From positions 248,001 to 312,000 of the forward strand of contig OZ025659.1 of assembly GCA_964019335.1 (NCBI GenBank): a stretch of DNA of 64,000 nt. Direction: 5' to 3'. This stretch comes from Diplonema japonicum (Eukaryota; Protista; Euglenozoa: Diplonemea). Position numbers and translations under genes: made by a program. Each line of letters begins with the position of its first letter. The stretch's first letter is position 1. A model generated the notes under the pieces. That model was not told the origin of the DNA. It saw nothing but the letters and a program-made list of their open reading frames with translations, and ran no database searches. Positions 33,601 to 46,216 of the stretch are shown in pieces.

Positions 33601-36600
33601 GATGGCCCTTTTGAGATACTCTTAGCCCACACTGGTGAGAAGAAGGGCGGTGCGTCCTCTTGAATGACAATGTCACCCGACCCCCTAAAGTAGGGAGCGT
33701 CGTTGACGGGCTGCAGGGTGATGGGGAAGGTCTCACGCTTCGCGCAATTCACGTTGGGAGGGATGCGGGAGCCGTCGTCGCACAGCAGCACTGTAACTAT
33801 TCCAACTCCATTGGCATCTGGTGCAGGTGTGAAGGTCAGTGTGCATGTGTCCTTGTCAATGGTAGGCTGGATGGTGAAAAGAGCCGGGTTGTCGACTGTG
33901 AGAGTAAACGTGAGTTGCTGTTGATGTGGAGGGCAGTTCTCGTTGATGAGCGGCCCGGGGGTCTGGTCGGAGCACCAGTTGGGCACTGTCTGCGGTCCGT
34001 CGTCCTCACAAGCAACAACGTCTGTTCCCTTACGGAAGGAGGGTGCATCGTTCACGCACTTGATGTTGAGCGGGAAGGTCTGCGTGTCAGACCTGTCGAC
34101 ACCGCTGTGCTCGACGCCCCCCGAGTCGATCAGCGTCACAGACACCGTCGAGATGCCGCACACGTCTTTTGTAGACCTGAAACAGAGCTCCCCATCAGGC
34201 GACAGTGTGGGCGCCACATCGAACAGATCCACCTCAGTGTGGGTGAGCTCGTACCGCAGCGTCTGCCTGTCGCAGATGCCCTTGTCGAAAGACTCTAAAG
34301 GCCCCGCACTGGACTCTTTCACCCACTGTACACATGTCGACCCACTGTCTTCATCGACAGCCACTTCACCCAGTCCAGAGAAGGTGGGCTTGTCATTGAC
34401 GGGCAGCACGTTGATCGTGAACTTGCACGTTGCCGCATTGTTGGAGGCCTGCCCGTCATCGAGCATAACGTGTACCTCAGTGGTCCCGCACTGGTTAGGC
34501 CCTGGTGTGAAGGAGAGCGTCCCTGTGCCAGGATCGATGACAGGCGGGCTTGTGAAAAGTGTGGGCTTGTCGGGTGTCAGGGTGAAGCTAAGCTGCTGGG
34601 CGGCCTCATCTGCAGGCCCCGCCGTGACATCAGTAACAAAGGTCAACTTAGTAAAAGCACCCCGATCCTCGAGCACAGTCACGTCCTTCCCGCAAGTGAA
34701 GCAGGGTGCGTTGTTCACAGGGAGGATCTCTAGCTGCATTGTTTTCACGGTAGTGTCCGACCCCGGGCATGCGGCAGTGTTGATGCCGCTGCCATCGTCC
34801 TTTGCGGTGATAGTGAGCGTCATCGGCGTCACGGTGTTCGCACCCACCTTCGTTGTGAAGGAGAGGGTCCCTGTGGTTGGGTCTACACTTGGCGGCACTG
34901 TGAACAGTGAAGCAGCATCATTGGGGACGGAAACATCGAAAGTGACACCTTGTGTGTTCTCGAACATCCCGGGGTTGATATCTGATATCCAGTTGGGAAA
35001 GCTCCTGGCGCACCCTTGTGCTACAGTGGGCAATGTGCACCCATTGGGGTCATATGGGGCAAGGCACTCAGTAACGGATGTCCCTAAGAGGTCGGATTTG
35101 ATGGCGAATGTAGGCGGGTCGTTGGAGGGCCTTACGGTGATCACATAATTCTCCGGTTCCGACGTGCGGGCAGGGGAGCCATCATCAGTGAGTGTGACGG
35201 TCAGTGTCGCGTCCCCATATGCGTGCGGTGCTGTGGTGAAGGAGAGCGTCCCTGAGGGGGAGATTGTGGGCGGGGACGAAAACAGATTGTTATTGTCCGT
35301 CGTCACGGTGAAGGCGACGCTCATTTGGTTCTCGTCGAAGACGTCGGGCCCCGCGCGGATCAGCGTTGCAAAGGAGCTCTGCACGTACCCGTTGACAGCC
35401 TCATCCTCACACAGCAAAATCGCACACACCTCTCCTGTACACGTTGTTTTCTTCGCACAGCACACAGGCCCCAGATGAAAGGTCGGTATGTCGTTCACAC
35501 AGTCCACCTTTATCTGGTACGTCTTTCTGGTGGATGTCATCCCTTTCCCATTGCAGGTCTGCACGTCGCCGTCATCTGACAGCAAAATGTCCAAGTTGGC
35601 CACGCCGCACATGTCCGGTGCCAGCTCGAAGCTCAACCTTGCAGTCGAGGTGGCAACAAGATCGATGTGCGGCTGCACTTTGAACAATTTGTTGTTGTCG
35701 TTTGTCACCGTGAAAGACAGCACCTGCCCAGACTCATCAGGCGGTCCGCGAGAGATGGCGGTCACGAACGCAGGCCAGTCAGTGAGGGCCGCTGGGTCGT
35801 CTTCTGTAACCACGAGCGGCGGCGAGGGAGGGAGCGTGAAGGTCGGAGCGTCCGACACAGGCCGCACTGTGATGGTGAAGGTGCATGTCGGACCTCTATT
35901 TGACCCCGGTGGGCCGGCGGGACCCGTGTCGCGAGAGTTTACAGTCACTGAGGCGATCCCGTTGGCATTGGGGGCCAATTGAAACGTTAACGTACCTGCA
36001 GCGTCAATAGCAGGGCCGTTCACAAACAGCGAAGGGTTGGTGTTTACAAGGCTGAATTGCAATGTCTGCCCTTCGTAACCCAGCCCCACACCTTCGTTCA
36101 CAGCTCCGATGTTGATGTTGGTAGCCCATTGATTACCGTCCGTGTAGATGGGAGGGGTGGGTGGGACGTCCAGGTTGAACAAGTCCTCGCAGACGATAAT
36201 GTCTGGCCCGCATGTGTAACTAGGAGGGTCGTTGATGGCGTTGATGACAATCGACAATCTGCAGCATGTCGAGATCGGGTCGCACGACTTATCGTTAGGC
36301 GGGTCGCCTCCATCGTCGCGCAGCCTTACATACAGCTCCACAACACGCCCAAAGGTGTTGGCGTCCGGGCGTGCGGTGAAGGTGAGGGTCCCTGTTGCGG
36401 TGTCGATGCTGGGCGGCACGAGAAAAAGGTTTGCGTTATCCGGATTGATCCATTCCAGGTCGAAGAAGAGGTTCTGTGTGTTCTCCGAGGCGTCGAGCAC
36501 GCCGTTGCCCTTGCTGATCTGTGACGCCCAGCCGGCCACGCTGACGGGCCCCGCGTCCTCGTCCACAACAATGTTGTTCCCGCACGTGAAGGACGGGGGG

Positions 36601-37547
36601 TCGTTGTCGCAGGTCACCGTGATCGTGAAGGTCCTGACGGGGGCCATGGTGTCCGACCCACCGTTGTTTGTACCACCATTGTCACGCAGCTCCACAGTGA
36701 CCACGGCAGTCCCGCACATCCCAGGTGCAGCAGTGTAGACAAGGTCAGCGGTTGAAGGGTTCATCGCGTCCCACAAAATGGTCGGCTGTATTGTGAACAA
36801 CGGATTGTTGTTGTTGGTGACCGTGAAGGTAAGCAGTTGTTCCAATTCGAAGTTCGTGATGGCTGCACGGGAGTCCCCGGCACCCTTGTTGATGTTGAAG
36901 GCCCAGTTGACTACCCGGATGGGCCCTCCATCCTCCCGGCTGGTGAAATCGCCGAGATCCACAAACCTTGGAGGGTCATTGACACACTCTATGGTGATAA
37001 CAAACTCCACCTCAACGCTGACGTGGCAGTCTGTAGGCGAGCACGCACCTGGGCACACAAAGGGCACACCGTTGGAAGGGATCCCATCGACACAGGCGGG
37101 GTTCCCCGTGTCGCGGAGTTCGACAGAAACTGGAGTTGCACCACACTGGTCAGGTGCAGGGGTGAAGGTCAACAGTCCAGTGTCAGAGATCACAGGCTGT
37201 GAGGAGAACAGTGTGGGGTCAGTTGCCACCACCGTGAAGAAGAGGCCTTGTGTACCTGAGTTAGTAGGCCGCCCTGCCACTATAGGTCCGTCACCATCCA
37301 CGATATTGGTGGCCCATACTTGTGGGCCGTAGACACCGCTGTCTTCCACTACAGTGAGGTCGCTTCCTCTGTCAAACAAAGGGTTGTGGTTGGGTATCCC
37401 TGCTCCCGGGAGGGTGGATGTGTGGTCCAGTACCCGTCCCCACCTCGCTTTTTCCTGTCGCCGCTTCTCTTGTTCCTTCTCTTCCCGGCCCAACGGCGCC
37501 CCCAGCGCAACCCCCGCCAGCGTCACAACGAGGAACAGCACGTTCAT
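30646..37547 (-). CDS. Large type I surface protein/adhesin with 17 cadherin-like (VNDxP) repeats, ~2271 aa; introns 31974-32015, 31846-31889
   Basis: Signal peptide MNVLFLVVTLAGVALG; repeats (V/I)ND(A/P)PxF..V.ED....W...I..GP..E..Q.L.F......LF...P.I...G.LTFT....G...V.V.L.DDG; TM AAWVIALIVLSGLLLICLGVGLFVLF. The 44-nt intron with a CTGAC branch site joins the 1901-aa and 430-aa ORFs. Confidence 0.88.
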
Positions 37548-37998
37548 TGCATATGGTTGTTCCTCCTACAGAGCGGTTGGGGTGTGTAGAAAGGGGATAA
37601 AAAAAGAAGAAAAAGACGTTGGGTTATCTCGTTTTCTTTTATCATTTTCTTTTGTTTGAAATAATAAAGTGCCTTGAAAAAAATAAGAACAAAAAAAATA
37701 TTTGACCTTTTGTTTTCCTCTTTTTTTTCTTCTTTTATATCCTCTCCCATTCTCAAGAAATGCATGTATACGGTTGGTGTCGCCAGCATAGCATCGTGGG
37801 GGGGGGCTTCAAAATTTCAACGGGGGAGGGCAGACACAAAAAAAGGAAAAAAAAAGAAGAATGTTTGCACAAATTTCAACTCCTCCTTTTTTTTCCTTGT
37901 GTCCAGATAAAAAAAAAAAAAAAAAGAGGGTAATCAAAACGATCAAAAAAGAAAACTTTTTTTTGACACTCGAAAAAAAAAAAAAAAAAAAAAAAAAA

Positions 37999-38973
37999 TC
38001 ACGCTTCCTTCTTGACCCTAAACGCATAGCACCTCGCTTGGTAGTCAAACCATAAGTAGAAAGGTGCTTGAAGCAGTACCATAATGGGTTGAAGGAGCGC
38101 TTCAGCGACAAAAAACGCACGAGGGGTGATACCAGACATGGTGGAGACGAGAATGTTTTGCAGAATATCGACAGACTGGATGTGGTAGTCGCCGAGGAGG
38201 AGGGATGTGACTGATTGCCTGGCAACGGCTTCCGGTTGGTAAGGGGAGGCGGGGAAGCACTGCAGGGTTTCCTTCGGTTTTGTTTCATTCTCCTTCTTGA
38301 AGCCCGGCGTGTCGGTGTCAGGAGGGTAGCAAATGCTCACTTTGATACCAAACCCGTTCAACTCAGAACGAAGCGCATCAGCAAAACCCCTCAACGCGAA
38401 TTTTGTCGGGCTGTACGATGAATAACCAATGAAAGAGCAGACACCAGCTGCAGACGACACAATCATGATCCTCCCACCGCCATTTGATATCATAGATGGG
38501 ACTGCAGTTTTAATAACATTAACATTTCCCATGTAATTCAGGTTCATGCACCTCTCGAATATTTCTGGATCTTGTTCCAAGAAGTATCCAGGGTAGGATG
38601 CACCTGCTGAGGTGACAAGGAGATGGGGTGCTCCATGTTCTTCAATTGTTTTTCTAAACACGCTTTTGACAGTTGTTAGCGATGTTACGTCCATGCATGA
38701 GTAGCTGATCTTTCTATCGGGTTTGGCGAATTTTTTGAGTTCCTCGCATGCGGTTGCCAGCTTGTCTTCGTTTCTTGCCATAAGGATCACGTTGGCGCCT
38801 CTCTTCAGGAACTCCTCTCCCAAGGACTTTCCTATCCCCTCAGAACCGCCTGTGATGTAGACGACCTTGCCGTTGATGTCTTCAGGCTTGGTTAGCATCC
38901 TTCTGATGAATGGTAGCACCACCAGGCCAGCCACAACCCAGCACCATGATGAGCAGCAACAGGATGGGAGCAT
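37999..38973 (-). CDS. KDSR: 3-ketodihydrosphingosine reductase-like SDR
   Basis: N-terminal TM, ITGGSEGIG, SSAAG, YSSYSPTKFALRG (YxxxK), YPPDTDTPGFKKENETKP motif typical of KDSR/Tsc10. Confidence 0.88.
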   Translation of the reverse strand: MLPSCCCSSWCWVVAGLVVLPFIRRMLTKPEDINGKVVYITGGSEGIGKSLGEEFLKRGANVILMARNEDKLATACEELKKFAKPDRKISYSCMDVTSLTTVKSVFRKTIEEHGAPHLLVTSAGASYPGYFLEQDPEIFERCMNLNYMGNVNVIKTAVPSMISNGGGRIMIVSSAAGVCSFIGYSSYSPTKFALRGFADALRSELNGFGIKVSICYPPDTDTPGFKKENETKPKETLQCFPASPYQPEAVARQSVTSLLLGDYHIQSVDILQNILVSTMSGITPRAFFVAEALLQPIMVLLQAPFYLWFDYQARCYAFRVKKEA

Positions 38974-40553
38974 TTTTTTTTTTTTTTTCACCCGTCTTTT
39001 TTTTTTGTGGAATGAGTTGCAAAGAACGGGGGGAACAAAAAAGAGAAAAAAAAAAGAAAAGAAAAGAAACCAAAGCTGTTGCATAGAAACTGAAATAGAC
39101 TTAACGAACTGAGAGAGGAGAGCGTGTGGGGGGGGGGGGGGGATGTTTCTTTTTTATTTCCTTTTTTTTTTCTTGGAAGACCATTGTTTTCGAAATATGG
39201 AAAAGAAAAAAAAATGTTTGAGAGAAGGGAGGGAAAACTTCCTTTGAAAAAGAAAAAGAAGAAAAAAAAAAACCCAACAGCATCTAAGTGGGAAGAAAGA
39301 AGGGGCAGGGGGGGTATGCGCAACCAGTTATAACGGCCTAGTTTTTTTTTTTTTCACTCCTCTTTTTGTTGAGAACAGCTTTCATTTTTTTTAATGTGTC
39401 GTAGTAATAGTCAGTGGAGGTGGGGAAAAGAAGAAAAGAAGACGAAAAAAAACTAAACGTTACCCCCCCTTTTTTTCCCCATCTCGAACACATCCTCTGG
39501 TTTTGTAAACAACTCTCTCTCTTTTTTTTATTTTTTTTAAATCTTTTTATTTTTATTTATTTATTTATTTAAACCCTCATTAATACGTAAAATCCCCTTG
39601 ACAGTACGTTTAAAAAAAAAAAGAATAATCCACAAGAAAAGAAAACCCGCGTTGCCTTGTTTATAATCTGCCTACTCACAGAAAAAAAAAACTACATTTT
39701 TTTTTTTCTTTTTTACATTTTCTTTCTACGCAAAAAAAAAGGGAAAAAAAAACCGGAGAGAAAGGGAACTGGAACAGAAAAAAAAAAGAAAATGAAGTGG
39801 GGTGGGCGAAGGAGAATTGAAAGGCAAAAAAAAAGCAAAAAGCCAAAGGTGGACGGGGGGGGACACGAAAATAAGACTGTGTTCCCTTCGGGAATTGTGC
39901 CCTCTTATTCGTTTCTTTCTTTTTTTTTCCCCCCGGGGTGGCTACACAATAATTTTCGGGGGCTTTAGCCTGGTAAATTAAAGTGCTCCCGGTTTCTCTT
40001 CTCATAAGGGCAAAAGTAATAATACTGTGGGGAAGGAAGGGAATGTCAAATGCTGCACCGCATGCAACACGTGAAGAGGGGAAAGAGGAGAAGAGGGAGA
40101 GGTGGCCACTGCTGCAGGGGCTTTTCTTTTTATTTTTGCATCATTATTATTTTTTCACCCTCCTTATTTTTCTTCATTAGCTCTTTTCATAGTTTTCTTT
40201 TTTTTTTGGACCCTCCCCTCGACCCCTCTTTCCCCCGGTAATTTTACACCACAAAATAAATAAATTTGTTAAAAGGCAAGATTGGGAGGAGGGGGGGGGG
40301 TTTTTGAAATAAAATCTAGCTTTTTTCTTTCTTTCTCGTGTTTGTTTTTTCTTCTTTTTCTTTTTCGTTCCCGTTTTTTGTTTTGCCCCCCCCCCCTTTT
40401 CTCCCACCCTCCATTTTTTCTTCTTTCCAGGGAAGGTAAAAAGAAAAAGAGGGGGGGGGCAGGTATAAGGTTAGTTCTTTTCTCTTTTTTTTTTAAACTG
40501 TTGCTACAATAAAAAGAAAGTTTTTTTTTCCTTTTCTTTCTTTTTTTTTAACA

Positions 40554-43500
40554 TCACTCTCTAAACTTTGAAGGGACCGGCGAAGTTCCTTGTTTCCACC
40601 TTTTTTATTTATTTGTTTTTTGAGTTTAATTCCGCAAATTTACATGAGGAAAATTCTGCAGAACGATAAAAATCAGAAATCGCTTTGCATTGACTAGTAA
40701 ATGCAAAGTGAAGTAATAGGCTAAACTTGGCTTAAAAAAGTGCCGTAAATGCAAAGTAAATCTGATTTTTACTCCGAGCAGTTTTCGGGCTTTTTCGGTA
40801 TTCATCTTCATTTTTTTGAATCTGGCGGCTGCTAACGCCGTAGGTCAGTGGTCAGACCCTCGGCCAGTGTTTCGGGTCGTGGGTTCAAGCCCCGAACGTC
40901 CGTTTTTTTTTTGAATCCGATTTCCAAACAAAAAAAAGTTTGCATTCCAGTACTTGAATAATTGCAGTCAATGAGAAAATTTAGCCTTATTTTTGCAGCA
41001 GTTTTGTGTCGGAAATTTCCCTCATGTAACTGTTACAAAATTAAATTAAAAAATATCATACTAAATAAAAATCAGGCCGAATTTTTACTCGGAGTGTTTT
41101 TTTTTTTTTTTTTTTCCCTCGTAAAAAATCCAACAATCTGATTTTTATTTGGTAGATAGTCAAAAAAACCCCCCCCCTTCCCCTCTCATACGATGAGTCT
41201 GTCCCGTCATTCCACAACGGTGTGCTTTTCTTAGAAGACCTGGAGCTACGCGAAGGTGTGGTTGGAGAAGAAGCATCAGTCGAAACTGTCTGCCTGAGCG
41301 GGGCAGGTGGCGACGTGCTGGGCGCTCTACGCAGCGACAAATGCCGCGAAGCAAGGCTGACATTGTAATTTCTCGGGGTTTTGGGTGCCGAAGCCCCCAC
41401 ATTGATTGTAGTGTAACAAGTGTCAGACAGCGAGGTCAGAGGACCTGTCATCATCAAAGTCTGCGTAGGAGGGGGCTCAGTGCACACAATCGTCGCATCA
41501 TCCACCACAGGATCAGCATACATCCGTTCAAGCCCTCTATGCGTTTGGCTAGCAATGTGCATAAGATACGTGTTGCTACTGTCAAGCGTCGCATCCGTTA
41601 GGTTCAAACCAAATGCAGGCGACGTGAAGGGATCATCAAGCAGCTCAGTCGCTGTTGCCCTCTGGCTCGGTTCCATAACAAGACACCTCTTCAAGAATGA
41701 GAGAGCAACGCTGCTTAACTTGTGCTTGCCAAGGTGGTCTAACGGTGTTAACCCTTTTGCGTACTCCCTCTTCACTTTGTAAACGTACTCTGCTGGGTCC
41801 TCGCATTTTGGACACCATATCAAGCCCCCGCACACCATTTCGATTAGTGTACACCCCAAGCTCCATATATCACATGCTGTTGAGAATCTCCTTTCCACGA
41901 TGACCTCCGGTGCCATGAAAGGGAGTGTTCCTGTTGTTCTGCCGTCTGTTTGTGTTTCACCGTCTACCTCGAATCGTACCCCGCATCCGAAGTCAGCCAC
42001 CTTGACCACGCCTTCTGTGTTGATTAGAAGGTTTGCTGACTTGACGTCGAGGTGGATGACGCAATGTCTGTGGAGATATTCCAGGCCGTTTAGTGCGTGG
42101 GTCATGAACTTGGCGGCCATCCGTTCGGGGATCGTGTTGAATTTCTTTCTGAAGTCCAGTAGCGAGCCCCCCGGCATGTACTCGATGATGATGTACCCCT
42201 TGTTGTTCCTCTTTGTCGTGTCGATGTAGCGGACGATGTTCTCGTGTTCCAGGATCGACAGCAAGCTGATCTCGTTCATGAAGGATTCCATGAGCTTCTG
42301 CTTCGGGTCGTTTCTCTGGTTCAGATCGAAGCATTTCGCGGCGCACTGCTCAGTCGTCTCCTCGTCGACCACATGGTACACCGTGCCAAAGGCACCAGCA
42401 CCCAGTTCCCTTCCTATTTTCCATTTTCTCTTTTGCCCCTCCTTCGGTGTTCTTGGGGTCTGCGGTTGAGCGCACAGTTCCACGTTCATGATTCCTGACG
42501 TCATCATTTCTGCGAGGTCATTGTCGTTGGTTACTTCTTTGGTGCCTATCCGCATGGGGCCTCCAACGTCCAGTCCCTGATACAGATCCCGAACCTTCTT
42601 TTTCAGTTTTTGCACGCTCACGTCTCCGTTCAGTTCCAATTTCTTAATCTCCCCGTTGTATCTGCAGTGCACGGCGACCTGTTGATCCTTCCCCGCTATC
42701 ATGTTTAAGGGGCCTTCGTACAGTTTTTTCAGTGTTTTGACCGCGCACTCTTGGCATTCTCTGATTACAGATCCCGCACAGTCGATCACAGCGCCTAGAG
42801 CCGGTTTTGTAAACTGCTCCCCCAGGTTGGCTTCCACCGCCAGCCCGTAGAACAGTTTTGCCATCCTGTGGTCCTTTAGCTCCGTCAGAACGTTCAGGAC
42901 GTACGGTGCTTGCTCTTTGGTCACCATGTCCATCATGGGTGCCAGGCACAGCATGATGATGGCGGCGTCCTCGTGAACCGACTCGATGCTCCCTGTTGCA
43001 AACAGCCAAAGCATCTGCAGACCTGCTTCGGAGAGCAGCCCCGCACCTTTCTGCCTCAGTATCTCCATGGTGTCGTATTCGTATTCCGACTTTCTCGATG
43101 ACGTTGTTGAAACAGACAAGTCGGGCATGCTCGAGACAGTGGCCATGAGAGAGGACTGTCTGCCGGACCCGTAGGGGGGGACCGTGCTCGGCGGCAGCTG
43201 CGAAGGCTTGAACTGAATGAGGTATTTGACGATGGAAGAGGTCGCAGAGGCCAGTTTGGTAGTGTTCGGGTAGTGCTGAAACACCTCAACAACCGCTTTG
43301 AGCAGCAACGGCGTGCACAGGATGTCCGGGCGGATCTCGTATTGGATTGACTTCGCAATGACGAACATGGCGTCGGACTGCGCATCCGGGTTGCTGTACT
43401 TCGACTCCAGAATGTGTATCAACGAGCTAGTCAACCCTTCACTGATCACTTTCTCGATGCTCTCCTCAGGAAGCACACTGAGGGCATTTCTGAAACAGGC

Positions 43501-45162
43501 GGCAACCCAGTTCAAAACATCTTCCCTGTCTGTGTAACTCTTCGGCATAATAGCCACCACGGTGTGCTCCACATCTCGAACAGGCGCATGTGCGACACAG
43601 CGTGCAGCGATCTCGACGAACAGTTCGCAGTGGTATTCGTTGGAGAGAGTGATATCCGTGATTGTCGGTAGGGCAATGGCACCTATGGTCTGCGGGCGCT
43701 CCGTCGACATGACTCGGAGCACCTGCAGCGCCCGCATCTGCAGTTCACTGTGGTCGGGATACGTGTTGGGGATTCGCAGACACTTCAGGATCAGTGTCAC
43801 AACATTGTTCGCCTCGCCCTCTGTGTCCACGATGGACGCCTTCTGCGACCCGCTGACCTTCGCGAACACAGAAACCAAATCCAACACCTTCCCGAAGTTC
43901 ATGTTATTATCTTCGAGCTCCCGAGAGAGAAGCCCGGCAGCTGGTCGCATCAAACTGAACATCTGGTTTAAGAAGTTCGGGGGCTCCGGGCTGTACACTT
44001 CCGTGAGAGGGCAGTTAAGGCAGATCGATGTTCTCGACGCGCTGCAGTACCTCCTCCCGCCTGTGATCACTCGTTTGCACGTCACACATTCGAATCTTAT
44101 GTCGCAGACTTTGTTCAGCAAGGCGGCCCCGAACTGTTGCAGCTTTGGGTCGGTGCTCATGATAAGCGGTTTCATGACAACCATAAGGCAAGCAGCGTTA
44201 ACTATCCGAAGGTGCAGAACCTTCAGGAGGCGGTCGTAGTCTTCGAGAATGATCTTCAGGAGGTTCCCCGATTCAAGCCCAACGTCGTTGCTGGACTGTG
44301 CGCTGGAGATGAAATCGAGCAGAGCTGTCAGGGTCGCCTGGTCCAGATCCTTGTTCACGATCACCAGGAACTTACCTATCAAGCGAAGGGCGGCGAGCTG
44401 GTGCCGCACAGTCTTCCGCAGCATATCGATGAGCACCGTGAGCAGTTCGTATTTCATGAACATGGGTGCGAACTTCTCCTCGAAAACCTCATACAAGAGC
44501 TCCACTGCGTAGTAGCCGGCATACTCGTCGTTGGTTTTTATGTAAGACATCAGGACGGGTACTACCGTGCCTTGCCTCAGCAGTTTTCTGTTTTCAGGGT
44601 ATGCTTTGCACAGCAGCAACAATGAATGGATGACAACAACCGTGTTCACATTCTTGTTTGTCATGAAGCCTTCTAGAGTCTGTCGCACTGTTGGCCCCCG
44701 GCCAATCACAGGTGCATTCTCCAGCAACGAGTGGTTCAGGACTTGGTTGACGAGGCCGTGCACCTCCTTGCTAACAGTCACCGTTGTGACCACCTTGCTC
44801 ATGATCTTCGAGTCCAGTTCCGTTCCCGGGATCTCCAGCAGCACTTTCAAACATGAGTTCACCATCGCTGAGGGCTTTGGGAACAGCCGTGCGTCGGACA
44901 GCATATTGCCGATGGCCGCCAGACCCCCCTCCTTCAGGAAGATACCCACAAGACCTTCTTCCTTCAGAGTCCCTGCAAGCGCTTCAAGCTTTACGAGAGC
45001 ATCATTCACTTTGTCGACTTTGCGGTCCGCATGTATCTTCTGCAACAAAGCCAGCGTTGCCTTGCATTCCCGTTTGGCGCCCATGTGGGCAGGGCAGCCC
45101 TGCCTGGGGGGGGGGGGGGGGGGGGGGGAAGGGAACACCTGTGATTTGGTTGAGGTGTCCAT
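40554..45162 (-). CDS. STE11/MEKK-like Ser/Thr kinase with helical-repeat N-terminus, ZZ-like zinc motif and PB1-like domain (~1325 aa); introns 45100-45138, 40600-41191
   Basis: LGAGAFGTVY, AAK, HENIVRY, EYMPGGSL, HLDVKSANLL, VKVADFG, GTLPFMAPEV. Last exon SWKQGTSPVPSKFRE-TGA is reached via TC|GTATGA..AAAG|G. Confidence 0.88.
40625..41160. mobile_element. Non-autonomous element with subterminal inverted repeats and terminal hairpin, inside kinase intron
   Basis: ttacatgaggaaaatt (~40640) versus aatttccctcatgtaa (~41014-41029); hairpin arms tactaaataaaaatcag 41059-41075 and ctgatttttatttggta 41138-41154. Confidence 0.65.
40834..40912 (+). pseudogene. tRNA-derived Pol III cassette (pseudo-tRNA/SINE-head-like)
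   Basis: A-box TAGGTCAGTGG, D-stem GGTC/GACC, B-box GGTTCAAGCCC, T10 terminator. Acceptor stem and anticodon loop are defective. Confidence 0.6.
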
Positions 45163-45264
45163 GGCTTGCGCTGTGCCTTACTCTACTCGAAAGGAAAAAA
45201 AAAAAAGAAAAAAACACATTTTCAGGCAAAAAAAAGAAGGCGAAGAAAAAAAAAAATGATCTGC

Positions 45265-45901
45265 TTAGAGCCTGCGACCACGCCTACCACCCTTGCGGCG
45301 AGTGCAGTCGGTAGGGGTGGGGGTCACGTCCTCAATACGGCCGATCTTGACGCCTGAACGGGCGAGGGCACGGAGGGCAGACTGGGCGCCAGGGCCTGGG
45401 GACTTGGTACCCACACCACCGGTGGCCCTCAGCTTGATGTGGAGGGCGTTGATACCGATTTCCTTGCACCTCACAGCGACGTCCTGGGCCGCCAACATCG
45501 CGGCGTAGGGGGAGGACTCGTCCCTGTCAGCCTTCACCTTCATTCCGCCGGTAACTCTCACGAAAGTCTCCCTACCTGTCAGAGTATTTTTTTATTCCTC
45601 CACTCACTCCTCCCTTGCTCATACCGCTTGCGTCCGTCACGTGCACGAAGGTGTCGTTGAAAGAGGCGAAAATGTGGCAGACACCGAACACCTTTCGAAG
45701 AAAAAAGTAAAATATTTTTGTTTTATTTTTTTGGGGGGGGTACTGGAATTCAGATATTACCCAAAAGAAAACCAAGTTAGTGAAAGTTGCCCCCCCCCCC
45801 CCCCCCCCCTCCTTTTTTAAACATACAAGGGTGTCAGCATCAACGTTGGGTCCGAGCCTCGCGGCCTCCTCCTTCACCCTAACAACCTTCTTTCCCGGCA
45901 T
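45265..45901 (-). CDS. RPS14: 40S ribosomal protein S14 (uS11), 150 aa; introns 45692-45826, 45576-45624
   Basis: [54 protein letters not shown]...[10 protein letters not shown]. Confidence 0.98.
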
Positions 45902-46216
45902 TTTCTTTTTTTTGCTTTGATTAAACTTTATTTGTTTTGGTATATGTGTTTCGGAGTTACGGAACAGGGAGGTGACCGGGAAAAAAAGAAAAGAAAAAGA
46001 GAAGAAAAAATAAGAAAGAAAGGAGAAAAAAGTAAAAAGAAAAGTCGAAATGTAAAGGGGAAATGAAATAAAGAAAAGAAAAAGAGAGTCCAGGCAGTAA
46101 CCGTTTGGTAAGGTGGCACAAACCTGATGATCAAGGGAAGGGAATAGGAAGAGTAGGTTAAGTATGTCAGTTTGCATAGAGAGCAAAGTTATTACCAAGA
46201 GTAATGAACCTCCTGC

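Noticed and set aside
40834-40902. Functional tRNA-His(GTG)
   Set aside because: Acceptor stem does not pair and the anticodon loop lacks U33 and purine-37; kept only as a tRNA-derived cassette.
41056-41191. Kinase C-terminus as given by the ORF track (YERGRGGVFLT...)
   Set aside because: It reads into a GTATGA intron and the inserted element; a spliced last exon at 40554-40599 is more plausible.
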